Assembly (NCBI GenBank): GCA_965208835.1
Contig: OZ242358.1
Coordinates: 224,001-288,000, forward strand
Direction of reading: 5' to 3'
DNA: 64,000 nt
From: Candidatus Latescibacterota bacterium
Lineage (GTDB): Bacteria; Latescibacterota; UBA2968; GCA-2709665
Below, piece by piece: positions 48,763 through 57,361 of this stretch; position 1 is the first letter of the stretch, and each line of letters opens with the position of its first letter. The notes beneath the pieces were generated by a model, which did no database searches, was not told the origin of the DNA, and saw only the letters and a program-made list of their open reading frames with translations. A program made the position numbers and the translations under genes.

Positions 48763-49533
48763 TTGAACACGCCAGTACTGTTTGAGATCTGCGTCGGTTC
48801 CGCGCAGGGGGCCATCGCCGCTCAGGAAGGCGGGGCCCTCCGGGTGGAGTTGTGCGACAACCTGATCGAAGGCGGCACCACGCCCAGCGCGGGCGCCGTT
48901 CATGTTGCCCGCAAGCATATCGACATCGGGCTCAACGTGATCGTCCGGCCGCGAGGAGGCGACTTCTGCTATTCCGACGTCGAGTTCGAAACGATGGCGC
49001 GGGACGTCGAAACGGCCGCCGAAGGTGGCGCCGACGGGATCGTGATCGGGATTCTTAATCCGGACGGATCGATCGACGTCGAGCGCACGGGCGCTCTCAT
49101 CGAACGTATCCGCCCGCTTCCGGTGACGTTCCATCGAGCGTTCGACATGACCGCAGATCCCCTCCGGTCACTGGACGAACTGATTTCGCTGGGCGTGGAC
49201 AGGGTGCTCACTTCGGGCCAGGAGATTTCGGCGTTGGAAGGGATCGATCTCATCGCGGAGCTGATCGAGAAGGCCGCCGGACGAATCGTGATCATGCCCG
49301 GCGGCGGTATTACCGAACGCAACGTCGCGAAAGTCGTGGCCGGCACCGGCGCCCGCGAGATCCACGTCGCCGCGGGCGGCAGCGTTCCCGGCCGGATGAC
49401 GTTTCGCAACCCGAATGCCTTCATGGGCGGCGAGCTTCGTCCCCCTGAATTTTCACACGATGTCACCGACGCCAACCGCGTCAACGCGTTCATTCAGGCC
49501 GTCACTCCGCCCATCACAACCAACCCCGGGTAA
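48763..49533 (+). CDS. cutC: Copper homeostasis protein CutC
   Basis: EIC, RVELC..L.EGGTTPS, RPRGGDFCY, TFHRAFD, RVLTSG and MPGGG. TTG start follows GGAGG. Confidence 0.93.
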   Translation: MNTPVLFEICVGSAQGAIAAQEGGALRVELCDNLIEGGTTPSAGAVHVARKHIDIGLNVIVRPRGGDFCYSDVEFETMARDVETAAEGGADGIVIGILNPDGSIDVERTGALIERIRPLPVTFHRAFDMTADPLRSLDELISLGVDRVLTSGQEISALEGIDLIAELIEKAAGRIVIMPGGGITERNVAKVVAGTGAREIHVAAGGSVPGRMTFRNPNAFMGGELRPPEFSHDVTDANRVNAFIQAVTPPITTNPG

Positions 49534-49534
49534 G

Positions 49535-49690
49535 ACGTGAGACGGTAGAGGGGGAGAAAACCGGGTAGACGGGAGACGTAAGAAGGTAGAAGATATCCTC
49601 GCCGGCTAATTTATCCCTTCTTGCCTCCGGCAGCAAAAGTAGCCTCACAAGGCAGGAAATCTCTACCCTCTACCGTCTTACCTCTCCCTC
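49535..49690 (-). repeat. Heptamer-flanked interspersed element, diverged copy
   Basis: Reverse complement of the 56.1-kb and 36.9-kb copies. Confidence 0.8.
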
Positions 49691-49768
49691 GATTCATGTA
49701 TCATAACACTTTATGCCTCAGCGTGCCCCGGGGGCGCGCGTCGGCTGATTCATCAAGGAGACCTCGCC

Positions 49769-50395
49769 ATGCGCATCATCGCGATCGGCTGTGAGTACAC
49801 CGGAAAAACAACCCTTTTCGACGGCCTGATGCAGTGGGGGCGCGAACGGGGCATCGTCCATCACCTGGACGATCACTTCAGCATTCCCGACTGCCAGATG
49901 CTCAAGATGGAAGGCGATCAGCGGATCATGCTGGGTCTGCCGGAAGCCATCAAGGAACGTTACCAGCGGTTCCAGCTCGCCTACCACGTCCGGCTGATCA
50001 ACAAATATGAACACATTCTGCTGGGCGGGTTTCACATCGAGGAGAATATCTACGGCCCCAGGTACTATTATCCCGCCGTGGGCCGGCTCTCCGAAACGCC
50101 GAGAGCCTGGGAAGCGGAAATGCCACGGGACACCATCCTGGTCCATCTCAAAGCCCGCGCCGACGTTATCGAGAGACGCATGGAAGAGGACCGCCATACG
50201 TATCACATTGTCCCAAGGGAAGACATCCAGGAAATTCTGGACGAATTCCAGGCGGAATACGGCGCCTGCTGGATCAGGCGCAAGTTTGAAATCGACACGT
50301 CCGATCTGACCCCGGACGGCCTCCTCCAGGCCTTTCTGGACGGCTCCGTCCCCTTCCTCAACGACCGCGATATGCTAACCCGCATGAATACGTAA
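49769..50395 (+). CDS. P-loop nucleotide/nucleoside kinase-like protein
   Basis: N-terminal Walker A GCEYTGKTT, LVHLKA..VIERRM lid and IDTSDLTP, as in NMP-kinase folds. Confidence 0.7.
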   Translation: MRIIAIGCEYTGKTTLFDGLMQWGRERGIVHHLDDHFSIPDCQMLKMEGDQRIMLGLPEAIKERYQRFQLAYHVRLINKYEHILLGGFHIEENIYGPRYYYPAVGRLSETPRAWEAEMPRDTILVHLKARADVIERRMEEDRHTYHIVPREDIQEILDEFQAEYGACWIRRKFEIDTSDLTPDGLLQAFLDGSVPFLNDRDMLTRMNT

Positions 50396-50454
50396 GTGTG
50401 AATCGTGTTGGAATCATTATCGCAAACTGGCGACTTCATCGCGTAGAGGTATAA

Positions 50455-51297
50455 ATGTTACCTGATCTACAGAATCTCTCGGACCCCCGCGGCATCGGCA
50501 TCGACCAGGTGGGCGTCTCAAACGTACGCTATCCCCTGACCCTGCCCCTTCGCGCCGGCGGGGAGTTCAATACGGTTGCGAATCTGTCCATGACCGTGAG
50601 TCTGCCGCACTACCTCAAGGGCACCCATATGTCACGCTTTATGATCGCCCTTAACGAGCGCAACCATCAGTTCAGACCCGACACGGTACACCTGGTACTG
50701 GAGGAACTTCTCAATCTGCTCGAGGCCGAGGAAGCATTCGTAGATATGGAGTTTCCCATATTCCTTGCACGCAAGGCTCCTGTAACCAGGGAACAGGGAC
50801 TGATCGACTTCAATTGTGTCTTCCGCAGCATGTCGTCAACTTCAGGCACTGACGACAAGAGTGTAGGCGTCAAGGTGAACGTCACGACACTTTGTCCCTG
50901 CAGCAAGGAGATCAGCGAATACGGCGCCCACAACCAGCGATCCGAAATCACAATCGACGTGCGTCCGGCTGGCGACGAATTCGTCTGGTTCGAGGATTTA
51001 ATCGATATTGCGGAGAAGAACGCCTCGTGCGAACTCTATCCGGTCCTCAAGAGGCCCGACGAAAAGGCGGTGACCGAGCGCGCTTATGACAATCCACGAT
51101 TCGTCGAGGACATGGTCAGGGACATTGGCACGGACCTGTTAGACCTCTTGCATAACGGCAAAATCCTGTGGTTTTACGTCGCGAGCAGAAATTACGAGAG
51201 TATACATAACCACGACGCCTTTGCCAGGATCGAACGGGGTGTACGCGGTCCCCTTCTAAGCCCGAGGGAAGGCGTCGAGGGCGCGGCCCAGATCTGA
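50455..51297 (+). CDS. folE2: GTP cyclohydrolase IB
   Basis: PDLQ, KGTHMSRF, TTLCPCSKEISEYGAHNQRS, KRPDEK, NPRFVED and ESIHNHDA. Confidence 0.95.
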   Translation: MLPDLQNLSDPRGIGIDQVGVSNVRYPLTLPLRAGGEFNTVANLSMTVSLPHYLKGTHMSRFMIALNERNHQFRPDTVHLVLEELLNLLEAEEAFVDMEFPIFLARKAPVTREQGLIDFNCVFRSMSSTSGTDDKSVGVKVNVTTLCPCSKEISEYGAHNQRSEITIDVRPAGDEFVWFEDLIDIAEKNASCELYPVLKRPDEKAVTERAYDNPRFVEDMVRDIGTDLLDLLHNGKILWFYVASRNYESIHNHDAFARIERGVRGPLLSPREGVEGAAQI

Positions 51298-51384
51298 TGG
51301 AAGATGAACTGCTCGTTTCCGAAATATCCGCAAGACCGGCAACCTTCGCACTGATCACGGACCGGTTGCGACTTTCCTGATTCC

Positions 51385-51413
51385 TTGACAGTGCATGGGG
51401 GTTTGCGTACTAT
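51385..51413 (+). promoter_or_regulatory. sigma70-type promoter upstream of the TA genes
   Basis: TTGACA - 17 bp - TACTAT. Confidence 0.6.
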
Positions 51414-51606
51414 TGACCGGTGCGCGGTCTGGCCCGGAAGTCGGCTGCAGTTTATCCTGAGGAAATGAGATCCAAGGCCGGATACTTAGTACGTGAACAC
51501 ATCTGGATCTCCCTTTCGTTCCACACTGGCAGCGATGACTATCGACGATGGATTCTGCCGCAAGGTCGAATATCGGATGTTTGCAGGAATTGGAGGAGGC
51601 CGTAAA

Positions 51607-51825
51607 ATGAATGATCGAATTGTCATTGATCCGTCAATTCGTCATGGCAAACCGGTTATCAGGCGAACGAGAGTACCTGTACATAGAGTTATCGGGAGTC
51701 TCGCGGGTGGATCTGAACCGCACGAGGTCTGCGAGGAATATGCTATCTCGGACGCGGACTTGAGAGCGGCACTCGCCTATGCCGAAGAGTTGATTGAGCG
51801 CGAACCGACAATCATTCAGTTCTGA
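51607..51825 (+). CDS. DUF433 family protein (antitoxin-like)
   Basis: RIVIDP.IRHGKPVIR.TRVPV...EEY.I...L.AALAYA, with GGAGG RBS. Confidence 0.9.
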   Translation: MNDRIVIDPSIRHGKPVIRRTRVPVHRVIGSLAGGSEPHEVCEEYAISDADLRAALAYAEELIEREPTIIQF

Positions 51826-51895
51826 CGCCGAACGTGAAGGACTATTCTACATCGGCGGGTCCCAGGATATCCATCTTTGCGGCTGGAGCAAGAAC

Positions 51896-52126
51896 ATGGC
51901 GGAAACTTCCTTAGAAAAAGATATCCGTGACGAGGTCCACAAGTTGGCTACTTCGCAGCAGGAACTCGTTCTTGAATTCGCACGTTCGTTGGCGAATGAC
52001 CAGCCGCCTGGCATACCAGGGGAATACCTGCTGAGGTTTGCTGGCGCGATCGACAAGGCTAACCTTGAAGAAATGGCTCAAGCGATTGAAAAGGGTTGCG
52101 AACGAGTAGATTATAATGAATGGTAG
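51896..52126 (+). CDS. Putative VapB-type antitoxin
   Basis: 76-aa ORF overlapping the PIN toxin start, with an acidic C-terminus (..CERVDYNEW). Confidence 0.7.
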   Translation: MAETSLEKDIRDEVHKLATSQQELVLEFARSLANDQPPGIPGEYLLRFAGAIDKANLEEMAQAIEKGCERVDYNEW

Positions 52127-52505
52127 ATATCTGCTGGATACTACGATCGTCATCGCTCTTTTTGCCAATGAACAAAATATCCAGCAGCAACTTGGCGAAG
52201 CGAGCGAGGTCTTTATTTCCAACGTTGTTTTAGGCGAGTTGTATTACGGTGCGGAGACGTCCACTCGAGTGATTTCTAACCTGGAACGCATAAATGACTT
52301 GGCAGCCACTTCAAACGTCATCGGATGTGATCTGGAAACGGCTCGTCAATATGGGACGATTAAGAATCAGCTTCGTCTTAAGGGACGCCCTATACCTGAA
52401 AGTGATATATGGATAGCTGCGCAATCGATTCAGAACCAGTTGACTCTTGTGGCTCGAGATAGTCATTTCGACGAGATAGAGGCTATATCCATAGCAAGTT
52501 GGTAG
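52116..52505 (+). CDS. vapC: VapC family PIN-domain toxin
   Basis: YLLDT, GELYYG, DIWIAA and LVARDSHF. Confidence 0.92.
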   Translation: MNGRYLLDTTIVIALFANEQNIQQQLGEASEVFISNVVLGELYYGAETSTRVISNLERINDLAATSNVIGCDLETARQYGTIKNQLRLKGRPIPESDIWIAAQSIQNQLTLVARDSHFDEIEAISIASW

Positions 52506-52544
52506 AATTCGATATTCTCGAATCCTGCACAGAAAGGAAGTCAT

Positions 52545-53840
52545 GTGGACCTGAGTCACCAACCGCCGCGCCGTCCCTCCAACGTCTCAATTGCCGGAAT
52601 CGTCAACCTCGCCCGGATGACGGACAAGGCCCGCGCATACAACAGCCGTACGCTCGGTGAATTCCTGTATGGCGACGATTCGGGTCTGGACAAGATCCTG
52701 CTGGAATTTCTGGACGTCTCACACGACGACTTTGCCGATGCCGCCGGGCGCTATGGCGATTCGGATCTCGCACGCTGGATACGTGAGGTTTCCGACCGGA
52801 CGGACGAGGAGATCGACGCTTTCAATCAGTACCATCTCCAGCGCGAGCCGGACGACGAAGCGGGCAAACAGCGGCTTAAGGACCGCATCGAGAAGTTCGC
52901 GCCCGGTCGAACCGACATCGCCACCGTATTCCAGTCCATCGAACTGGACGATTGGGCCAACTTCAGAGACGTGGATCTCTCGCAAAGGGCTCCGCGGTCC
53001 CCGTACCGCAGGGACGTCGCGGGGATCTTCGGCCTCGCCCGCATGGCGGACAAAGCCCGCGCGGAACAGGCCGGAACGTCCGGAGAGTACATCTACAACT
53101 GCCCGATCGATCAGGCCATTACCGACTTTGCCGGCTTTACGGCGGATGCATTCAAGGAATCCGCATACCTCAATCCGAACGACCTGGAACTCGGGGACTG
53201 GGTCCGGGAAAACACCGGCGCACATTCAGGCGACATTTCGCAATTCAACCATCGAATATCCGGAAAAGGTCCGGAGAACATCAAGGAATGCGCGGTCTTC
53301 AAGGCGGCGCTGGCGAATGCGGCGCCGAAACGCACCGACATCACCACGTGGTTCGACCTGCTCGACGTGGATGACGAGGTGTCTTTCGGCGTTGTGGATC
53401 TCACTCGCCACCCGCCGAAGAGCCCTTATGACGATTCCGTGGGCGGTCTCTTCGGCCTGGCCCGGATGATCGACAAGGGCAGAGCGGCAATCCACGATCT
53501 GCTGGGTCAGTACAAATACGCGGAAGATTCCGGCCTGGACAAGAAGATCGCGGAGTTTTTCGGGTTCTCCATGGGCGACTTTACCGATCTCATCAGGGCG
53601 GGCCGTACTGACGAAGAGATACTCACGTGGCTCAAAGACAACCATGGCAAATCCAGTTCCGAGATCAGCGACTTCAACCGTGATATCGGCACCATCGAAC
53701 CCTGGAACGAAAAGCGGCGCACCTGGTTCCGCGGGGTTCTTGCAGGTCTGGATGAATCCCGTACCGATGTGACGACGTATATGGCCCTGATCGTGCTGGA
53801 CGACACCATCCACTTTGCCCGCCGGAAGACGGCGATTTGA
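52545..53840 (+). CDS. Protein of three tandem DUF5069-like domains
   Basis: Three repeats of DL...PR(S)P....G+..LARM.DK.RA...G.(Y/F).Y....D..+..F. Confidence 0.78.
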   Translation: MDLSHQPPRRPSNVSIAGIVNLARMTDKARAYNSRTLGEFLYGDDSGLDKILLEFLDVSHDDFADAAGRYGDSDLARWIREVSDRTDEEIDAFNQYHLQREPDDEAGKQRLKDRIEKFAPGRTDIATVFQSIELDDWANFRDVDLSQRAPRSPYRRDVAGIFGLARMADKARAEQAGTSGEYIYNCPIDQAITDFAGFTADAFKESAYLNPNDLELGDWVRENTGAHSGDISQFNHRISGKGPENIKECAVFKAALANAAPKRTDITTWFDLLDVDDEVSFGVVDLTRHPPKSPYDDSVGGLFGLARMIDKGRAAIHDLLGQYKYAEDSGLDKKIAEFFGFSMGDFTDLIRAGRTDEEILTWLKDNHGKSSSEISDFNRDIGTIEPWNEKRRTWFRGVLAGLDESRTDVTTYMALIVLDDTIHFARRKTAI

Positions 53841-53842
53841 AC

Positions 53843-54009
53843 TGGTGTTCTGTCCCGGAAATAAGTTGCCTGAATTCGACCGCCGAGTCGCCCGGCTCGC
53901 AAGGCGCCTGAGCACAGGCGACCTGCGTATGGTCGGCGAGCGAGGGGAACGCAGGGAGACGGGATGAATCGCCGGTCGAATGGTGAGGAATTTTCGGGAC
54001 AGGACGCTA
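53843..54009. mobile_element. MITE-like element family E, copy 2 (inverted)
   Basis: gtgttctgtcccggaaat...attttcgggacaggacgcta. Confidence 0.82.
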
Positions 54010-54078
54010 AATCCCGGCGGCCGAACACAGACGATCTGTTTCCCGGACAAAACTTCACGTCTCAATAGGAGAATCGGC

Positions 54079-54831
54079 ATGTCAAACCAGGAAGTCACGC
54101 TGGCCAAATTCACCCGCAGAGAATTCCGGGAAGCCCTCGAAGCCGGTCGGTTCAGTACCGCTATCATACCCACCGGGAGCAATGAACAGCACCTCGAGCA
54201 CCTGGCCATGGAATACGATATCCGCGCGGCGACCTACGTGGCCACCGAAGCCGCCAGGCGGCTCTATCCCCAGGTTGTCGTGAACGTGCCAATGGCCGTG
54301 GGCATTTCTGAACATCACATGATCCATAAAGGGACCGTCACCGCAAAACCCGGAAGCTGGCTGGCAGTACTTTTCGACGCCGTGGAGAGCCTGGTTCGCC
54401 ACGGCGTCAAGAACGTGCTCATTCTAAACGGACACGGGGGCAACGAAGCCCCTATGATGGGTATCCTCCGGCAGTGGCAGCTCTTCTTTCAGATGACGGC
54501 GCCGGACGCCAACGTGCAGTTCCATTCCTACTGGAACCTGAGTCGGGAGATCGCCGAACAGCACTGCACGAGCCGGGTGCCGGGCCACGCAGGCGAATAC
54601 GAAACCGCCATGGCCATCGTCATCTGCCCGGAGAACATCCGCCACGATGCCATGTCGGACCAGGAGGTCCAGGAGCCGTTGAAGGCTACCGAGGAATTGG
54701 GGAAGATTCTGGTTGAAGCCGCGGTCCGGAAAACAGTGGAATACCTCGAGGGAATGATTGAGGCAACTAACCACGAGATACAGCCACACGTCTATTCGAA
54801 GGAAATGTACGCCGCGCAGGAGAAGAAATAG
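54079..54831 (+). CDS. Creatininase family amidohydrolase
   Basis: PTGSNEQH.EHL...D, G.SEHH, NGHGGN and HAGEYET. ATG 54079 follows AGGAG. Confidence 0.92.
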   Translation: MSNQEVTLAKFTRREFREALEAGRFSTAIIPTGSNEQHLEHLAMEYDIRAATYVATEAARRLYPQVVVNVPMAVGISEHHMIHKGTVTAKPGSWLAVLFDAVESLVRHGVKNVLILNGHGGNEAPMMGILRQWQLFFQMTAPDANVQFHSYWNLSREIAEQHCTSRVPGHAGEYETAMAIVICPENIRHDAMSDQEVQEPLKATEELGKILVEAAVRKTVEYLEGMIEATNHEIQPHVYSKEMYAAQEKK

Positions 54832-54867
54832 ACTTCAGGCAGCGCGAACTGCCGGAAAGGATGAACC

Positions 54868-56106
54868 ATGACCGTCCAACGGGCGAGGTACGGCGCGGAT
54901 GCCGCCGCGGGGCTTGCCGGCACGCTGCCACAGCCCTTTCCGCGCACCATCGGACCCAACGCGATGACCTATCTTCAGGAGGTGGTCGACTCCGGTCTGA
55001 CGTGCAACATGATCGGGCGATTTGAAGACGCGTTCGCCGAAGAGATGGGCGTGGAACACTGCATTGCCACGCCCGGGTGTACCCCCGCGCTGGCCGTTCT
55101 GGCCTGCGCGCTGGACTTCGAACCCGGTGATGAGATCATCGTCAGTTCAGCGACGGATTACGGCACCGTGCAGGGTATTATCAGGGAGAGCTACATCCCT
55201 GTTTTCGCGGACACGGACGCCGGTACCATGATCAGCAGCGCGGCCACGATTGAACCCTGTATAACAGACCGCACACGTGCGATTCTGGTTGTGCACATGA
55301 CCGGTACGATTTGCGATATGGACCCCATTGTCGAACTCGCCGGCAAACACGGTCTCTTTCTCTATGAAGACGTCTGCCAGGCCGTCTTCGGGGAATACAA
55401 GGGACGGCTGGCCGGGTCTCTCTCCGATGCGGGCGCCTTCTCCTTCGACTCGGAGAAAACCATGGGTTCGGATGTTGGCGGCTGTGTGGTGACCAACGAC
55501 GATAACCTGGCCGAACGCATGCGTTTCATCGGCCACAGCCGCGGCGGCCAGATGCTCGAGGGGTTCGGAAGGCAGCACGTCGTGCCCGGGTTCGCCCACC
55601 GCATGCCTCAGTGCACGGCTGCGGTCACACTGGCGCAACTCGAGATCATCCGTCCCAACGTGGAGCAGCGCGACCGGATGATCCGCCTGCTCACGGAGAG
55701 GCTGGAAGATATCCCGGGCATCACACCACTTCCCATCCCGGATTATATGAACGTCTACTCCTGCTGGATGACCGGGTTCAGCGTCAACCCCGATGCGTTT
55801 GTTTGTACACCGGATGATTTCGCGCAACAGGTCGCGGACGCGGGTATCCCTGGCGCGGGCATGGGACGGTATTACCTGTTGCCTCCGGCGCTGCCCTTTC
55901 TCACCGAAAAGGTGGAGAAGAAGCTGTATCCCTATTCCAGGCCACCGGCTTCCAGAGAGTACACGTACAGCGGGGATACGTGCCCCAATGCACAGCACTT
56001 TCTGGAGTCCTTCGTACGCTGGACGTCATTCTGCGAACGCTATGAACCCGAACACTGTGAACTCGCCGCCCAGATCGTCAGGGAAGTGGCGGATCGAAAC
56101 CGTTAA
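54868..56106 (+). CDS. DegT/DnrJ/EryC1/StrS family PLP aminotransferase
   Basis: GDEII, PVFAD, EDVCQA and FSFDSEK (PLP lysine). Confidence 0.92.
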   Translation: MTVQRARYGADAAAGLAGTLPQPFPRTIGPNAMTYLQEVVDSGLTCNMIGRFEDAFAEEMGVEHCIATPGCTPALAVLACALDFEPGDEIIVSSATDYGTVQGIIRESYIPVFADTDAGTMISSAATIEPCITDRTRAILVVHMTGTICDMDPIVELAGKHGLFLYEDVCQAVFGEYKGRLAGSLSDAGAFSFDSEKTMGSDVGGCVVTNDDNLAERMRFIGHSRGGQMLEGFGRQHVVPGFAHRMPQCTAAVTLAQLEIIRPNVEQRDRMIRLLTERLEDIPGITPLPIPDYMNVYSCWMTGFSVNPDAFVCTPDDFAQQVADAGIPGAGMGRYYLLPPALPFLTEKVEKKLYPYSRPPASREYTYSGDTCPNAQHFLESFVRWTSFCERYEPEHCELAAQIVREVADRNR

Positions 56107-56110
56107 AAAC

Positions 56111-56240
56111 GGGTAGACGCAAGACGTGAGAGGGGAGAGATTGCCTGCCTTGTGAGGTTTCCTTTCGCGCCGGAGGCAAGAAGGAATAAAATTCCGGGCA
56201 CGGATTTCTTCTACCGTCTACCCTCTTCCCTCTACCCGCC
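56111..56240 (+). repeat. Heptamer-flanked interspersed element, diverged copy
   Basis: gagagattgcctgccttgtgagg...ggaggcaag...ttcttctaccgtctaccc. Confidence 0.8.
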
Positions 56241-56263
56241 TTTGGGGTTTCCAGGAGGTCCGA

Positions 56264-57319
56264 ATGTCAGACACACGATACCGTGAAATCGAAGTCGCCG
56301 GCTCGGCGCTGGAGATGGGGCGGCAGATTGGCGAGGCTGCCCGCGAGGAAGTGCGGGGCTTTGCGGATATCGCCCTTGAACGCGTGAACAAGAGCGTCAG
56401 CGTCCCGTTGGAAAGGGCGATGGGCGTCGCCCGGGACTGCATCCCGTACGTGGAGCGGTACGCACCCCACATGCTCGACGAGATGCGCGGCACCTCCGAG
56501 TCCTCCGGCGTCTCGATGGACGATCTCATGATGCTCCAGGTCCGCAATCAGCTTCAGGCGGAAGCGGATTCGGGCTGCACTTCATTTTCACTTACCGCCC
56601 CCGCCGGACACGGCAATATTGTGGGCCAGAACTGGGACAACGACCCCGGGCTCAACCCCTATACCATCGTCCTCACCCGACGTCCGGAAGGAAAGCCCGC
56701 TATCCTGAACATAACCCAGGCCGGCATCATCGCCTACATCGGCCTGAACAGCGAGGGTATCGGGCTTTGCCTGAATACCCTGCCCGCGCCCTCCCGCCCC
56801 GTGGGTGTGCCGCACTACTTCACGGTCCGCGGCATTTACGAGACGGCCACTATGGAAGACGCCGTGCAGGCGGTGCGAAGGGCGAGGCGCGCCATCCCCG
56901 CCAACATCATTCTCTCCACACCGCAGGGGCCCGCGGATCTGGAAGTGACCCTGGAAAACGTACACGTGATCCGGGACGACGGCGTTGGTCTGGTGACCCA
57001 TACAAACCACTGCGAGCATCCGGAACTGGCGCACAACAACGATGTCTTCCCCGAACTCATCCAGTCGGGCGGCCGAAAAATCCGGATCCAGAAACTCTTC
57101 AATGAAATGGAACGTCCCTTTGCAATCGAAAGCCTGAAAGCTGCCCTGAGCGATCACGAAGACCATCCCACCTCCATCTGTCGCCATCCCAACGATCATC
57201 CCACGACGGGGTACTGGGCGACCACGTTCTCCGTGATCATCGAAACCGATGCAGGTCGCATGCACGTGAGCAAAAACAACCCCTGCCAGAACCCGTACGA
57301 GACCTATTTGCTGAACTGA
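56264..57319 (+). CDS. Peptidase C45 (acyl-CoA:6-APA acyltransferase-like, Ntn hydrolase)
   Basis: GCTS autocleavage site, GQNWD, GLNSEG and HTNH. Confidence 0.9.
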   Translation: MSDTRYREIEVAGSALEMGRQIGEAAREEVRGFADIALERVNKSVSVPLERAMGVARDCIPYVERYAPHMLDEMRGTSESSGVSMDDLMMLQVRNQLQAEADSGCTSFSLTAPAGHGNIVGQNWDNDPGLNPYTIVLTRRPEGKPAILNITQAGIIAYIGLNSEGIGLCLNTLPAPSRPVGVPHYFTVRGIYETATMEDAVQAVRRARRAIPANIILSTPQGPADLEVTLENVHVIRDDGVGLVTHTNHCEHPELAHNNDVFPELIQSGGRKIRIQKLFNEMERPFAIESLKAALSDHEDHPTSICRHPNDHPTTGYWATTFSVIIETDAGRMHVSKNNPCQNPYETYLLN

Positions 57320-57361
57320 TCGGCACGCGCTCTTGTGCGCGGTCTTTCGGGAGCCGCCCGC

